A stretch of DNA of 58,327 bases. Origin: Phycisphaerales bacterium (GTDB lineage Bacteria > Planctomycetota > Phycisphaerae > Phycisphaerales > SM1A02). The stretch lies in the NCBI GenBank assembly GCA_022446945.1, contig JAKVBW010000001.1, positions 1 to 58,327 on the forward strand, read 5' to 3'. Position numbers and translations under genes: made by a program. Of the stretch, positions 45,661 through 54,531 are shown piece by piece. Numbering within the stretch: the first letter of the stretch is position 1; every line of letters starts with the position of its first letter. A model generated the notes under the pieces. It ran no database searches. It was given only the letters and a program-made list of their open reading frames with translations, and was not told the DNA's origin.

Positions 45661-46247
45661 GGTCCACCCCCGCCTTCTGCAAGTGTCGGCACGGTGTCCG
45701 CGAAGTAGATGCTCAATGTGAACTGCGTTGCGACTGAACCTTCCGGCAAATCTGCAGTATTGCTTCGTACCTTCAAACCAGCTTCCTGAATCGCAAGTTC
45801 GGATAGCCGTGTGATACGTGGCAGCGTTTCAAGTTCGAGTAGGAAGCGGTAGAAACCGTTGAATGGGCCATCCATCGCGACTTCCAGTGGAAGTTCCATG
45901 TAGACGGATGAAGGAACTGGTGGGCGGGTCTTTACTGAACGAACGATCAGACCATTGCGATCCGCGATCTGCCAGATACTTTCGAGCACGCCTTCAACAT
46001 CATTCCGTCGCGGTAATTGTGCTTCGACTTGTCGAACGAGTTCCTCTCCGTTCGAAAGGGCATCTTCAAGCGCTGGAATCCGCTCAGCCATCAGTGAGAT
46101 GCGATCCAACTGTCGCTGACGTGACGCGATGTCGAGCATCGCTGCATGGATCTCTGCATTTTGTGGGCTGAAGACGGCATACCACGCAGTCACAGGTATC
46201 GCGATGAGCGTGATGACGAATGCAATTTGTCGCACATGAGTGTTCAT
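45657..46247 (-). CDS. pilO: type IV pilus biogenesis protein PilO-like
   Basis: It has an N-terminal TM, a coiled coil, and LPRRNDVEGVLESIWQIADRNGLIV...YMELPLEVAMDGPFNGFYRFLLELETLPRITR, a PilO-type ferredoxin-like fold signature. The 4-nt overlaps at both ends link it to pilN upstream and the PilP-like gene downstream. Confidence 0.65.
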   Translation of the reverse strand: MNTHVRQIAFVITLIAIPVTAWYAVFSPQNAEIHAAMLDIASRQRQLDRISLMAERIPALEDALSNGEELVRQVEAQLPRRNDVEGVLESIWQIADRNGLIVRSVKTRPPVPSSVYMELPLEVAMDGPFNGFYRFLLELETLPRITRLSELAIQEAGLKVRSNTADLPEGSVATQFTLSIYFADTVPTLAEGGGGP

Positions 46248-46960
46248 GGTGCGGATGCCTCACCTGAGGCCACTGCCGATTCTTTCTGAGTCCGACAGTC
46301 GCCGTCCGGCCCAATGCTCGCTTTGATGTGAAACTGGCGAACTGGAAGATCATTAAGCGTGGTTTCTTCTGAGAACTGGAGAGACACCTCCTGAAGCAAT
46401 CTGTCCGCTTTCAATGCGGCCAGCAGGGCTGACACGTGCACGTCTGTCGGCGCGAATCCCAACATCGAGATGTCGGTACGCCATCGAGGTGCTTCAACTC
46501 GGGGATCGGCTTCGACTTCCGCGACGGTTTTGGCTCGAGCAGGGCGATTCGACTTGGATGGCAATTCTTCAGAGCTCAATGACGGAAGCCTTGCCGCAGA
46601 GAGATCGAATTCAAGAAGCCCAAGACCATCAGGCATGTGATTGATGAATCGAGCAAGGAGTACTGATCGCGGCAGTCTGTCAATCAAGCTCGCAGCAAGT
46701 TCCGCTCGCTTGGCAATCAACTCCTGACGGGATTCGAGTTCTGTCAGAATTCGAACCTGATCCGCAGCATCTTCATATCGAAGACTGATTTGCGCCTGGA
46801 TATCACGGACGCGATACCAGTCCGCTTGCTTGGCCAGAAACGCGATTCCCACACCGCTGAGAACAATCAGAAGCAGGCTGATGGCCAAGATGTGCATCCG
46901 TCTGTCCTGGCGATGTTCGATGTACTCATCAGGAAGAAAGTCATCGGTCAATCTGGTCAT
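46244..46960 (-). CDS. pilN: type IV pilus biogenesis protein PilN-like
   Basis: The N-terminal FLPDEYIEHRQDRR is followed by a TM (ILAISLLLIVLSGVGIAFL) and a coiled coil, the typical PilN/fimbrial-assembly architecture. It overlaps pilM by 4 nt. Confidence 0.65.
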   Translation of the reverse strand: MTRLTDDFLPDEYIEHRQDRRMHILAISLLLIVLSGVGIAFLAKQADWYRVRDIQAQISLRYEDAADQVRILTELESRQELIAKRAELAASLIDRLPRSVLLARFINHMPDGLGLLEFDLSAARLPSLSSEELPSKSNRPARAKTVAEVEADPRVEAPRWRTDISMLGFAPTDVHVSALLAALKADRLLQEVSLQFSEETTLNDLPVRQFHIKASIGPDGDCRTQKESAVASGEASAP

Positions 46961-48138
46961 GACGCTGTTCCTTCATCCAACGCGGTTGCAGCAAGCCCTG
47001 CGATGCCTGTCCATTCAGGTCGAACATGTTCTGACCAATCTTCACACGGCGCGTGTTCTCCGTTCATCCGCCATCTGGCGAGCGGATCACCGATTTGTGC
47101 CGGCAATTGAAGTGATTGCGCGATCGCTTTGCATGTTGCCGCGTCTTTGGCCCCATTGCCTGTGAACACGATCCGCTCGACGGGCGTTTCATGGAACAGA
47201 CTCTGGTGGTGTCGAACACACATGCGTAGTTCGTCGCAGAGTTCTGTTGGTGCAGATGTTGCTGCCGCACTTCGAATAGGTGGCATCGTTGGTGCATCCT
47301 TACCAGTTCGCCGATTGATCGCTGTCATGATTCCCCCCGTCGTTGAGAACGACGTTGCAGAACTTTCTTCGCGATCGGTTGCTGGCTGTGGGTCACACGG
47401 CCCTTGAGCGAGATCGGCGACACCAATGGCCCGGGCAAGAGCGAGGTGAGCGCCATGACCGAAGACAACGGTGGTGACCGCTTGCCCGAGATTGACATAC
47501 ATGGTTGCGGAAGTGTCATCTTCATCCCGACGATTCACATGACGAAACGCACGGATCAACATGCTTGCGGGAGCAAAGACACCGCCAATATCCACCTTGT
47601 TTTGATGCAGCACACCTACATATCGCAATACGTAATCGCGCGGCATGATCATGCACATCAGCGATCGAGCGCCCGTAGCCGATTGCGATGACCTTGCCAG
47701 ATTGATTGTGCGAATCATCGGATTAGGACCAAGATCTGGTAGGCGTGCCTGAACCGCTGATGAAATGTCCTCATTGAGTCCCAGTTTGATCTGCGTCATG
47801 GTGACCAGGGGAGCAGGCATGCAAATCAGCATGCGGCGACCATTCCAGGGAGCGTTTGCAAGTAACGAGGGCATTGCTGCCTCCAACGCGTGGAGGTGGG
47901 CCTCGGCATCAAACGGACCTTCCTGACCCAGATGGTGCTCCGAGGCGATAGAGATCGCCTCGTTATGGGTGGTCAGTTGAAGCATTCTGATGGTAGAGAC
48001 ACCGAGATCCGCCGTCATGGGCGGGAGCTGTGGTCGTCTCATGCTGAAGTGCATGCGCAAACCTCCGCGCCGGCTCAATGTGAGCGGCTGCTGTGAGCAG
48101 GTCGGCATGATCAGGGTGGTCCTGAAGTGCGGCATCAA
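46957..48138 (-). CDS. pilM: type IV pilus assembly protein PilM-like (actin-like ATPase fold)
   Basis: ADLGVSTIRMLQL is the phosphate-1-like motif, and the size and position upstream of pilN/pilO also fit. The true start is probably an internal Met near 48042-48054. Confidence 0.65.
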   Translation of the reverse strand: MMPHFRTTLIMPTCSQQPLTLSRRGGLRMHFSMRRPQLPPMTADLGVSTIRMLQLTTHNEAISIASEHHLGQEGPFDAEAHLHALEAAMPSLLANAPWNGRRMLICMPAPLVTMTQIKLGLNEDISSAVQARLPDLGPNPMIRTINLARSSQSATGARSLMCMIMPRDYVLRYVGVLHQNKVDIGGVFAPASMLIRAFRHVNRRDEDDTSATMYVNLGQAVTTVVFGHGAHLALARAIGVADLAQGPCDPQPATDREESSATSFSTTGGIMTAINRRTGKDAPTMPPIRSAAATSAPTELCDELRMCVRHHQSLFHETPVERIVFTGNGAKDAATCKAIAQSLQLPAQIGDPLARWRMNGEHAPCEDWSEHVRPEWTGIAGLAATALDEGTAS

Positions 48139-48187
48139 CCGTCGCGCAATGCGAGACGCGAATCACAGGGTTGCACCGTCTGCGCGA

Positions 48188-48814
48188 TCAGCGCAGTGTA
48201 TTTCGAATGGAGGAGATGCCCTCTTGCAGCACTTGTAACGCTTTAGGCAGATCCCAGCGTTGTTCGTGGCGGTCGCCAGTGGTGTTTGAGATCGCACGTA
48301 CTTCGATGGCGGGGATGTTGAGTCGTTGTGCAGCATGGACAACTGCTGCACCCTCCATCGCTTCGGCTGCGCATCCCGTTCGATTTCTGATCTCAGCTGC
48401 AGCAGCATCGGTGCCTGAACATGTTGCGACCGTTGCAATCGACATAATTGGCGCTACCGCCTGCAGTCGTCGGACCAGATCTTCATCACAGGAGATGGCA
48501 TTGCCTGGATCGGCGCCCAGTTGAAATCCCAGGCCAGTTATGTCAAGAAAGCCCTCAGGCGTCATGATGCCTTCTTCCGCGTAAACGCATTGGTCTGCAG
48601 CAATCAGATCACCTGGTTCAAGCTGAGATTCCGGCAAGGCCCCAGCGAGGCCGATTGATATTGCCGCATCGAATGGTCCGTGGGCGATGGATGCAAGAGT
48701 GGTCGCTGCTGCGGCATTGGTGCGTCCCACACCGGAGACGACAATGTGGGCGTCCGGCACTTCACCAAGGGCTTCGGCTTCGGTCGAAACCGCAGTGACG
48801 ATCAGAAGCCTCAT
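48188..48814 (-). CDS. mqnB: futalosine hydrolase-like nucleosidase (PNP_UDP_1 family; MqnB candidate)
   Basis: Motifs seen are MRLLIVTAVSTEAEAL, SGVGRTNAAAAT and EAMEGAAVVHAAQRLNIPAIEVRAISNTTGDR. The 208-aa size fits MqnB better than MtnN. An ATGA overlap links it to hisS. Confidence 0.6.
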   Translation of the reverse strand: MRLLIVTAVSTEAEALGEVPDAHIVVSGVGRTNAAAATTLASIAHGPFDAAISIGLAGALPESQLEPGDLIAADQCVYAEEGIMTPEGFLDITGLGFQLGADPGNAISCDEDLVRRLQAVAPIMSIATVATCSGTDAAAAEIRNRTGCAAEAMEGAAVVHAAQRLNIPAIEVRAISNTTGDRHEQRWDLPKALQVLQEGISSIRNTLR

Positions 48815-50169
48815 TGCAATTCAGCTGCTTCACTCTCGGCGAGTTGCCGTTGCAACCAGATGGGTAGATCTCCCAGTTCGACGTCCACCTGAGTGCCAGC
48901 ATCGAGATTCTTCGCAACGACCGTGTTGTTTGCCAATTCCTCACCGAGAATGACAGCGAACCGACTTCGATTGCTCGACGCTTCCTTGAGCTGCTTGCCG
49001 ACGTTGCGTGTTGATTTCCAGGTATGCCTGACGTGCATGCCGAGTTCACGTAATGAAGTCGCGAGAGGGACTAGGTGCTCTTCGGCGTCGTCCGTACCGC
49101 TTGAGACGAGAAACACGTCTGGTCTTGGCAATAGATCGCTCAATTGATCGCCAAGCAGTCCACGTTCCTGTAGCACCAAACCGAGGACGACGTCGCCCAT
49201 GCCGAACCCACACGCAGGGATGGCGGGGCCACCAAACAGTTGGACCAGTTCGTCATAGCGGCCACCTCCGGCAATCGCGCGAAAGTCACCTGCAGCATCA
49301 TGGATTTCCCAGACAGTTCCTGTGTAGTAGGCCAGTCCTCTGACAATTCCCAGATCCCAGTCGCAGAACTCAAGCAAGCCACGCTTCTCAAGTTCACGTG
49401 CGAGCGCTTCGAGATCGGCAACTGTTTCCGATGGGAGTCCATGCTGTTCTGCGATCGTTCCCGGCGCATTCGTGGCTGCGATACGACTGGAGGCGATGTC
49501 ATCTAGCCGCCGCACCCCTGCCTCATCAAGACCGATGGCTGCAGCCTGCTCAGCAAACTGATCTGCAGGGATTTTCTCTCGCCGATCAACGAGCGAAAAA
49601 GCATCCGCCATGCTGTCATCAGAGACGCCACACGCAGACAGAAGACCTGCAGCAGCACCTCGATGACTGATGCGCACTCGAATATCGCTTTGACTTAAAC
49701 CGAGAGTGCGTAACGCTGTGAGTGCGACCGCAATGACTTCAGCATCGGCATCAGGACCTGGTGCGCCAAGTAAATCAACATTCCATTGGCGGTGTTCTCG
49801 CAGGCGGCCTCGTTGTGGACGTTCTGCGCGGAAGAGATCCGGCATGGCGAACCATCGAGTCGGCAATGACAGCGATCGCCCCTTGGATGCCGCCATGCGC
49901 GCAAGCGTGGGCGTGAATTCAGGCCGAAGTGCGTAGTCGGTATCGCCTCCCTCACGCTTGAATGAAAAGAGCTCACTGACGATGCCTTCGCCACTCTTGA
50001 CCGTGTAGAGATCGAGATGTTCGAATGTCGGCCCGTCAATCTGCTCAAACCCATGGCGTATGGAGGCATCCCGCCAAGCTTTTTCCAAGTGAAGGCGGAG
50101 CGCCATGTTTGGCGGATCGAAGTCCCGCGTGCCTTTGGGGGCCTGGAAAATGTGGGAGGAGCCTGCCAT
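48811..50169 (-). CDS. hisS: histidine--tRNA ligase
   Basis: Motifs seen are PKGTRDFDPPNMALR, LRPEFTPTLARM, FRAERPQRGRLREH (motif 2) and GGGRYDEL (motif 3). A C-terminal anticodon-binding domain is present. Confidence 0.9.
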   Translation of the reverse strand: MAGSSHIFQAPKGTRDFDPPNMALRLHLEKAWRDASIRHGFEQIDGPTFEHLDLYTVKSGEGIVSELFSFKREGGDTDYALRPEFTPTLARMAASKGRSLSLPTRWFAMPDLFRAERPQRGRLREHRQWNVDLLGAPGPDADAEVIAVALTALRTLGLSQSDIRVRISHRGAAAGLLSACGVSDDSMADAFSLVDRREKIPADQFAEQAAAIGLDEAGVRRLDDIASSRIAATNAPGTIAEQHGLPSETVADLEALARELEKRGLLEFCDWDLGIVRGLAYYTGTVWEIHDAAGDFRAIAGGGRYDELVQLFGGPAIPACGFGMGDVVLGLVLQERGLLGDQLSDLLPRPDVFLVSSGTDDAEEHLVPLATSLRELGMHVRHTWKSTRNVGKQLKEASSNRSRFAVILGEELANNTVVAKNLDAGTQVDVELGDLPIWLQRQLAESEAAELQ

Positions 50170-50484
50170 GGCTCGGAAGGCTACCGCGCGGGAGGTCTCT
50201 CAAGCAGCCGCAGGCAGAAAGATCGGCGGCTTGTCGGGGGCACCCCTCACGCAGGGAGACTCCAGGGGGCGAGAGCGGAGTCCTGCTGACGCGGCTTGAA
50301 GGTGCATCCCCGATCTGCATGAGTATCTACTTCAGAGCCTCGTGGGTAGCCCCAGAGTGTTTCATATCTAGAGTTCCTTCACGGAATAGAAGCAAGAGAA
50401 GCTCCCCAGCATTTGGTCGATTCTTCCATCTGGACTTGACGGTCGACGCTGTACACCGAACACTGCTGATCGGCGCATCACTGG

Positions 50485-51234
50485 ATGTGCTGTCGAAGGC
50501 ACCGTTGCAGGGAGTCAGGCTGGGTGGATGGGACGGTCATTCTGCTGCACGGCTTGGGCAGGACGAGCCGTTCGATGGCGGCACTCGCGTCGAGTATCGA
50601 TGCGGCAGGGCATCCGACTCGAAACTTGGACTACCGATCACGCAAACGCACGGTTCGCGAGTGTGCCGAGGAAGTCTCTTCGCAACTCGGGGATCTGCGT
50701 GTGGGGGATCCGGTCATTGGGGTGACGCATTCCATGGGCGGCGTCGTGTTGCGGTCGCTGGCTTCCAGGTTCAACTGGCAGGGTGTCGTCATGCTGGCAC
50801 CGCCGAATCATGCGAGTTCTCTGGCGGCTTGGTCATCCCGAATCGCGCCCGTTCGTTGGATCATGGGACCAGCATGTGAAGAACTGGGGCGGGAACCTCA
50901 TCTGCCCGACCCGCCAAAACCATGTGGCGTGATTGTCGGAACGCGTGGCGCAACGCTTGACAATCCGCCTTCATGGCTCGCCGCCGCTCGAGGACTGTTT
51001 GCGGTAGACGAGGTACACGATGGAACCGTGTCCTTACGTGAAGCGATGCATCCCGCCGTGACAGATGTCGCAATGGTCAACGCTTCACACACACGCATCA
51101 TGGATCATCCCGAGACGGTTGCGCTGGTATTGAAGTTTCTTGCGACCGGTGGGTTTGGTACTGCCGGCATGGAGCCTGCAGAAGCAGAACTCAGAACTGT
51201 TTCGGAGTCGTTGACTGCGATCGGAGATTCATGA
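50485..51234 (+). CDS. alpha/beta hydrolase (esterase/lipase-like)
   Basis: VILLHGLGRTSRSM is the oxyanion HG motif, GVTHSMGGVV is the GxSxG nucleophile elbow, and a late His (SHTRIM) is present. The start is ATG 50485 or GTG 50524. Confidence 0.7.
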   Translation: MCCRRHRCRESGWVDGTVILLHGLGRTSRSMAALASSIDAAGHPTRNLDYRSRKRTVRECAEEVSSQLGDLRVGDPVIGVTHSMGGVVLRSLASRFNWQGVVMLAPPNHASSLAAWSSRIAPVRWIMGPACEELGREPHLPDPPKPCGVIVGTRGATLDNPPSWLAAARGLFAVDEVHDGTVSLREAMHPAVTDVAMVNASHTRIMDHPETVALVLKFLATGGFGTAGMEPAEAELRTVSESLTAIGDS

Positions 51235-51351
51235 TTCCGACAGACTGAGTCAGCAATGGGGACGCAATCGTCATTCTGAATTTGATATGCCGAGGTTGTT
51301 CCCGCACAGGAATGCCGGGCATTCTGTTGGGAGAATAGATCTCAGAAAGAA

Positions 51352-51381
51352 CAGGGCGGACGGCCGAAGCCGCCCGCCCTG
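51352..51381. terminator. strong GC hairpin between convergent genes (bidirectional terminator candidate)
   Basis: The hairpin is cagggcggacggc-cgaa-gccgcccgccctg, a 13-bp stem with one mismatch. It lies between the hydrolase stop (51234) and the dockerin protein stop (51414). Confidence 0.55.
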
Positions 51382-51413
51382 CGGGATTGATTGAGAATCA
51401 TCCGGTTAGATGA

Positions 51414-53780
51414 TCACTCGCATGCGCCAAAGTTGCCAATGACCATCAGAAGGTCATCGATGTCGACGCTGCCATTGTCATCGACATCACCATCACATTC
51501 ACCTTGGCAGGCGAAGTTGCCGATCACCGTGAGGAGATCGTCGATGTTGACGACGCCGTTGCCATCGCTGTCTCCCGGGCAGGGATCCTTGATGACATCG
51601 ATCTCGCCGATGACCGTGCCGAGATTCTCCACGGTTTCGTACCAGAGAGTTCGAGTACCCGTGTTGAGTGTGGCACCAGCCTCAATGACAAGATGTTTGA
51701 CATAGATCGTCTCTTCGCCATCAGCATTGTCGTAGTTGTCAACAACATTGACAGTGCTTCCGGACTCGATGACGAGTTGTCCAATGGGGAAGTGGCCATC
51801 GATCGTTCGATCGATGCCATCGGTACTGCTATCGACATCCACACTCATCGCCTCGATGCTCTGCGTGGAAGCGATGCCCGTCATGGCAATGGTGGCTTCA
51901 TCCATCACATAACGATCATGATGATCGATCGCGACATCGAAGTTGCCGCCAATGGCAAGTTGCCAATTGGGATGGGCCATGATGAGTTCAGCACCCGCAC
52001 CAGCGATGTAATCGCCGCCGATACGGAGCCCATCACCAACAGCAGGCTCATCGCCGCCTGCAAGGGGCCCGGTATCGACATCGCCGATGATGGTCCCGTT
52101 GTTGGTCAGGCTGCCAAGAACATAGAGCGGTCCGCGGTTGACTGACACGAGTCCGTCATTAACCAGACTGCCCGAGAGCATGGTCTCGTCATTGCAGTAG
52201 ACCTCGCCGGCTGCGCCGTTGGTGAGGTCCGTGACGAAGGTGCCGGAGGTGCTCATATAGCCGCTGTTGGCGAGGGATCCAGCCACGCAGACGGCGTCGC
52301 CAACCATGGTCATGGATCCACCATTGGTCATGGTGCCCATTCCGGCGAGCGATCCTCCTGACATGACGAGCGTGGCGCCGGTCAGGTTGATATCTGCAGA
52401 GACATACTCAATCCCTGCGCCACTGCGGACAAGGGTCAGTCCACTGACGGCCAAGGCATCATCATCAGCCACCACACCAGTGCCACTGAAGCCACTGATG
52501 ACGTTGTTGACGAATGAGCCGCCGGTACCAGTGACGACAGCCCCATTGGCGAGCGTCATGGTGCCGCCCTGAGCCATACCGCCTTCAACGACGTTCATGT
52601 ACAGGCTCTTGCCCATGAAGTTGACGTCGGTTTCAGCATTGAAGTAGTCGGCCTCGGCTTCAATGGTGTCACCATTGTCCGCGGCGAAGACGGCTTCGGC
52701 TGCTGTATCAGAGATCAAACCACTGTTGAGATTCCTGTAAGGCGTGATTTCACAAGCATCCAGTTCGCCGTTGCCATTGGCATCGCCACCATCTGCAATA
52801 TCGCAGGTGTCGGGACGACCATTGCCATCGCAGTCCTCTTCACTGCCATCGGCAATGTCGCAGGAATCGGGCACGCCGTTTCCATTGCAGTCCTCTCCGA
52901 GCTCGCAAACATCCATGATGCCGTCACCATCGCAGTCGGCAGCACCGTCTGCAAGATCGCACTCGTCCGGCACACTGTTGCCGTCGCAATCTTCAGAGGT
53001 TCCATCCGCAATGTCGTCTGCGTCATTGGTGCCGTTGTTGTTGCAGTCAGTGAATTCACAAGCATCCAGGATGCCGTTGCCATTGGCATCGCCGCCGGCT
53101 GCAAAGTCACATCGATCAGCAATGCCATTGCCATCGCAGTCACCATCGAGAAGCTCGTCATAAGTGATGAAGAGATCGTCGGAGTGTTGCCACGAGGCAC
53201 CCATGTCATCACGACCTTGGAAAAGTGCCGCGATGTTGACGCCCGAATCTTCACCAAGGACCGTGAGGCGGGCGAAGATGACGCTGTTGACATCAGTGCA
53301 TTCAACGTTCTCGATCGTGATGGGTTCGCCCTGCGGCTCTGTAGGGATGACAAACCAGGTGCCGTTGTCCGCACTAATGTCACCACCATTTTCGAAATCG
53401 GTGAAATCAATGCCGATGTTCTGAAGGGCATTGTTCACATTGCTGAGGCTGCCAATGGTCACGAAGGAGTCGAACTCCATCGATGGCTGAAGAGCCCAGA
53501 ATCCCTCATTGTTTTCCAGTGATGTAGGGCCACAGAACGAGTTCTGGTAGAAGCCGCCCGATGACGCCACGATTTTCTGATTGACCGTATTGCCCGCTAC
53601 CGCGTCGAGGCGGCTGCCTGCATCGAGTACAGCAATCACGTCAATGGTCCAGTTGAATCCGCCCGTATCGACAAGATTGGTGCCGACAACCCGATAATCA
53701 ATGTTCTGCATCCCTGCCAATGCGGTGCCTGCGCAGAGCACCGCTCCGGCTGCGACTGCAGCGTTCGAAAACGATTGCAT
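51414..53780 (-). CDS. secreted protein with an unknown N-domain, a TSP3-like Ca-binding Cys/Asp repeat array, a beta-helix region and C-terminal tandem dockerin-like repeats
   Basis: ATG 53780 is preceded by GGAGGAAG. The signal peptide is MQSFSNAAVAAGAVLCAGTALA. There are about 8 repeats of DC(D/N)GNG.PD.CD(I/L)ADG. The Gly-rich beta-helix region includes VTGTGGSFVNNVISGFSGTG. The C-terminus reads DSDGNGVVNIDDLLTVIGNF...DVDDNGSVDIDDLLMVIGNFGACE. Confidence 0.8.
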   Translation of the reverse strand: MQSFSNAAVAAGAVLCAGTALAGMQNIDYRVVGTNLVDTGGFNWTIDVIAVLDAGSRLDAVAGNTVNQKIVASSGGFYQNSFCGPTSLENNEGFWALQPSMEFDSFVTIGSLSNVNNALQNIGIDFTDFENGGDISADNGTWFVIPTEPQGEPITIENVECTDVNSVIFARLTVLGEDSGVNIAALFQGRDDMGASWQHSDDLFITYDELLDGDCDGNGIADRCDFAAGGDANGNGILDACEFTDCNNNGTNDADDIADGTSEDCDGNSVPDECDLADGAADCDGDGIMDVCELGEDCNGNGVPDSCDIADGSEEDCDGNGRPDTCDIADGGDANGNGELDACEITPYRNLNSGLISDTAAEAVFAADNGDTIEAEADYFNAETDVNFMGKSLYMNVVEGGMAQGGTMTLANGAVVTGTGGSFVNNVISGFSGTGVVADDDALAVSGLTLVRSGAGIEYVSADINLTGATLVMSGGSLAGMGTMTNGGSMTMVGDAVCVAGSLANSGYMSTSGTFVTDLTNGAAGEVYCNDETMLSGSLVNDGLVSVNRGPLYVLGSLTNNGTIIGDVDTGPLAGGDEPAVGDGLRIGGDYIAGAGAELIMAHPNWQLAIGGNFDVAIDHHDRYVMDEATIAMTGIASTQSIEAMSVDVDSSTDGIDRTIDGHFPIGQLVIESGSTVNVVDNYDNADGEETIYVKHLVIEAGATLNTGTRTLWYETVENLGTVIGEIDVIKDPCPGDSDGNGVVNIDDLLTVIGNFACQGECDGDVDDNGSVDIDDLLMVIGNFGACE

Positions 53781-54180
53781 GAGATCTTCCTCCTTGGGTC
53801 CTCTCTCCTGGCCGCCCCCACCAGAACGCGTGTTCCAGTGCTCCCAGGACGGCAAGCCTCTACCGTAAGCGGAGTTGTGTCATTTTGGTCTAGATTTGAG
53901 TCGTTTTTTCGCCTCTAACACCAGAAATTCGCGATCTCTGTTGGTCAAGAAACCTGAGAATCCGAGAATATTGTAAATACATGGCCTACAACAACTTAAC
54001 AGGCACCCCCAAAAGGAAATGCCGTGTTCTTTGGCCATCCGCGGCCTATTCGTCCGATAGATCCGTTCAAGGCAGAGGTCGATCGACGCTGGCGTACACG
54101 TGGCCAGCTTCGGCATCGCGCCTCAGACCATGGTCATGCGGACCGGCAGGGAGGTCGGTTTTCGCGAGGAGACATGCAGC

Positions 54181-54414
54181 ATGAATGCAATGGCAACTAT
54201 CAAGGGCTGGGCGCGTGAGTTGATCGATCTCTCGCTCCTTTTCATCGCCGTCGGCGTGATCGTTCAGATCGTCTTCGGTAAGGATGACAGCTGGTACTTC
54301 GGCGGAATCACAGATCGGCTGATGGACTTCATCGGTCAGCTGGGACAGGGCGGCTTTGTCGGCCTGATCGCACTGCTGGTGATCATCTATGTCTTCTCTA
54401 AGCGCGGCGGCTGA
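54181..54414 (+). CDS. hypothetical small membrane protein (77 aa, 2 TM)
   Basis: The sequence is MNAMATIKGWARELIDLSLLFIAVGVIVQIVF...GFVGLIALLVIIYVFSKRGG. A strong intrinsic terminator follows. The ORF opens at 54100, but ATG 54181 fits the hydrophobic core. Confidence 0.45.
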   Translation: MNAMATIKGWARELIDLSLLFIAVGVIVQIVFGKDDSWYFGGITDRLMDFIGQLGQGGFVGLIALLVIIYVFSKRGG

Positions 54415-54440
54415 TCGCCCGCTCTGAATGACTAAGAACC

Positions 54441-54478
54441 AGCCGCCCGTCCGGATTGGACGGGCGGCTGTCTTTTTG
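54441..54478 (+). terminator. Rho-independent terminator
   Basis: A perfect 12-bp stem agccgcccgtcc-ggatt-ggacgggcggct is followed by gtcttttt. Confidence 0.75.
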
Positions 54479-54531
54479 TATCGGTTCTTTCAAAATAGAA
54501 TGACCCCCTTCTTCGATCGTTCAGGTGGGGG

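Noticed and set aside
50202-50217. The string aagcagccgcaggcag in the hisS upstream region resembles the conserved SRP (4.5S) RNA domain IV 3' strand (GGAAGCAGCCAAGGCAG).
   Set aside because: The obligatory preceding CAGGUCC-GGAA tetraloop context is absent, because the nearby ggaa at 50175-50178 is about 25 nt away. I could also not build the long terminal hairpin. It is most likely chance similarity in GC-rich DNA.
50025-50879. A 284-aa plus-strand ORF spanning the hisS 5' end, the intergenic region and the hydrolase start.
   Set aside because: It runs antisense to the well-supported hisS N-terminus and out of frame with the hydrolase. Its Arg/Gly/Ser-rich composition is typical of off-frame translation of GC-rich DNA.
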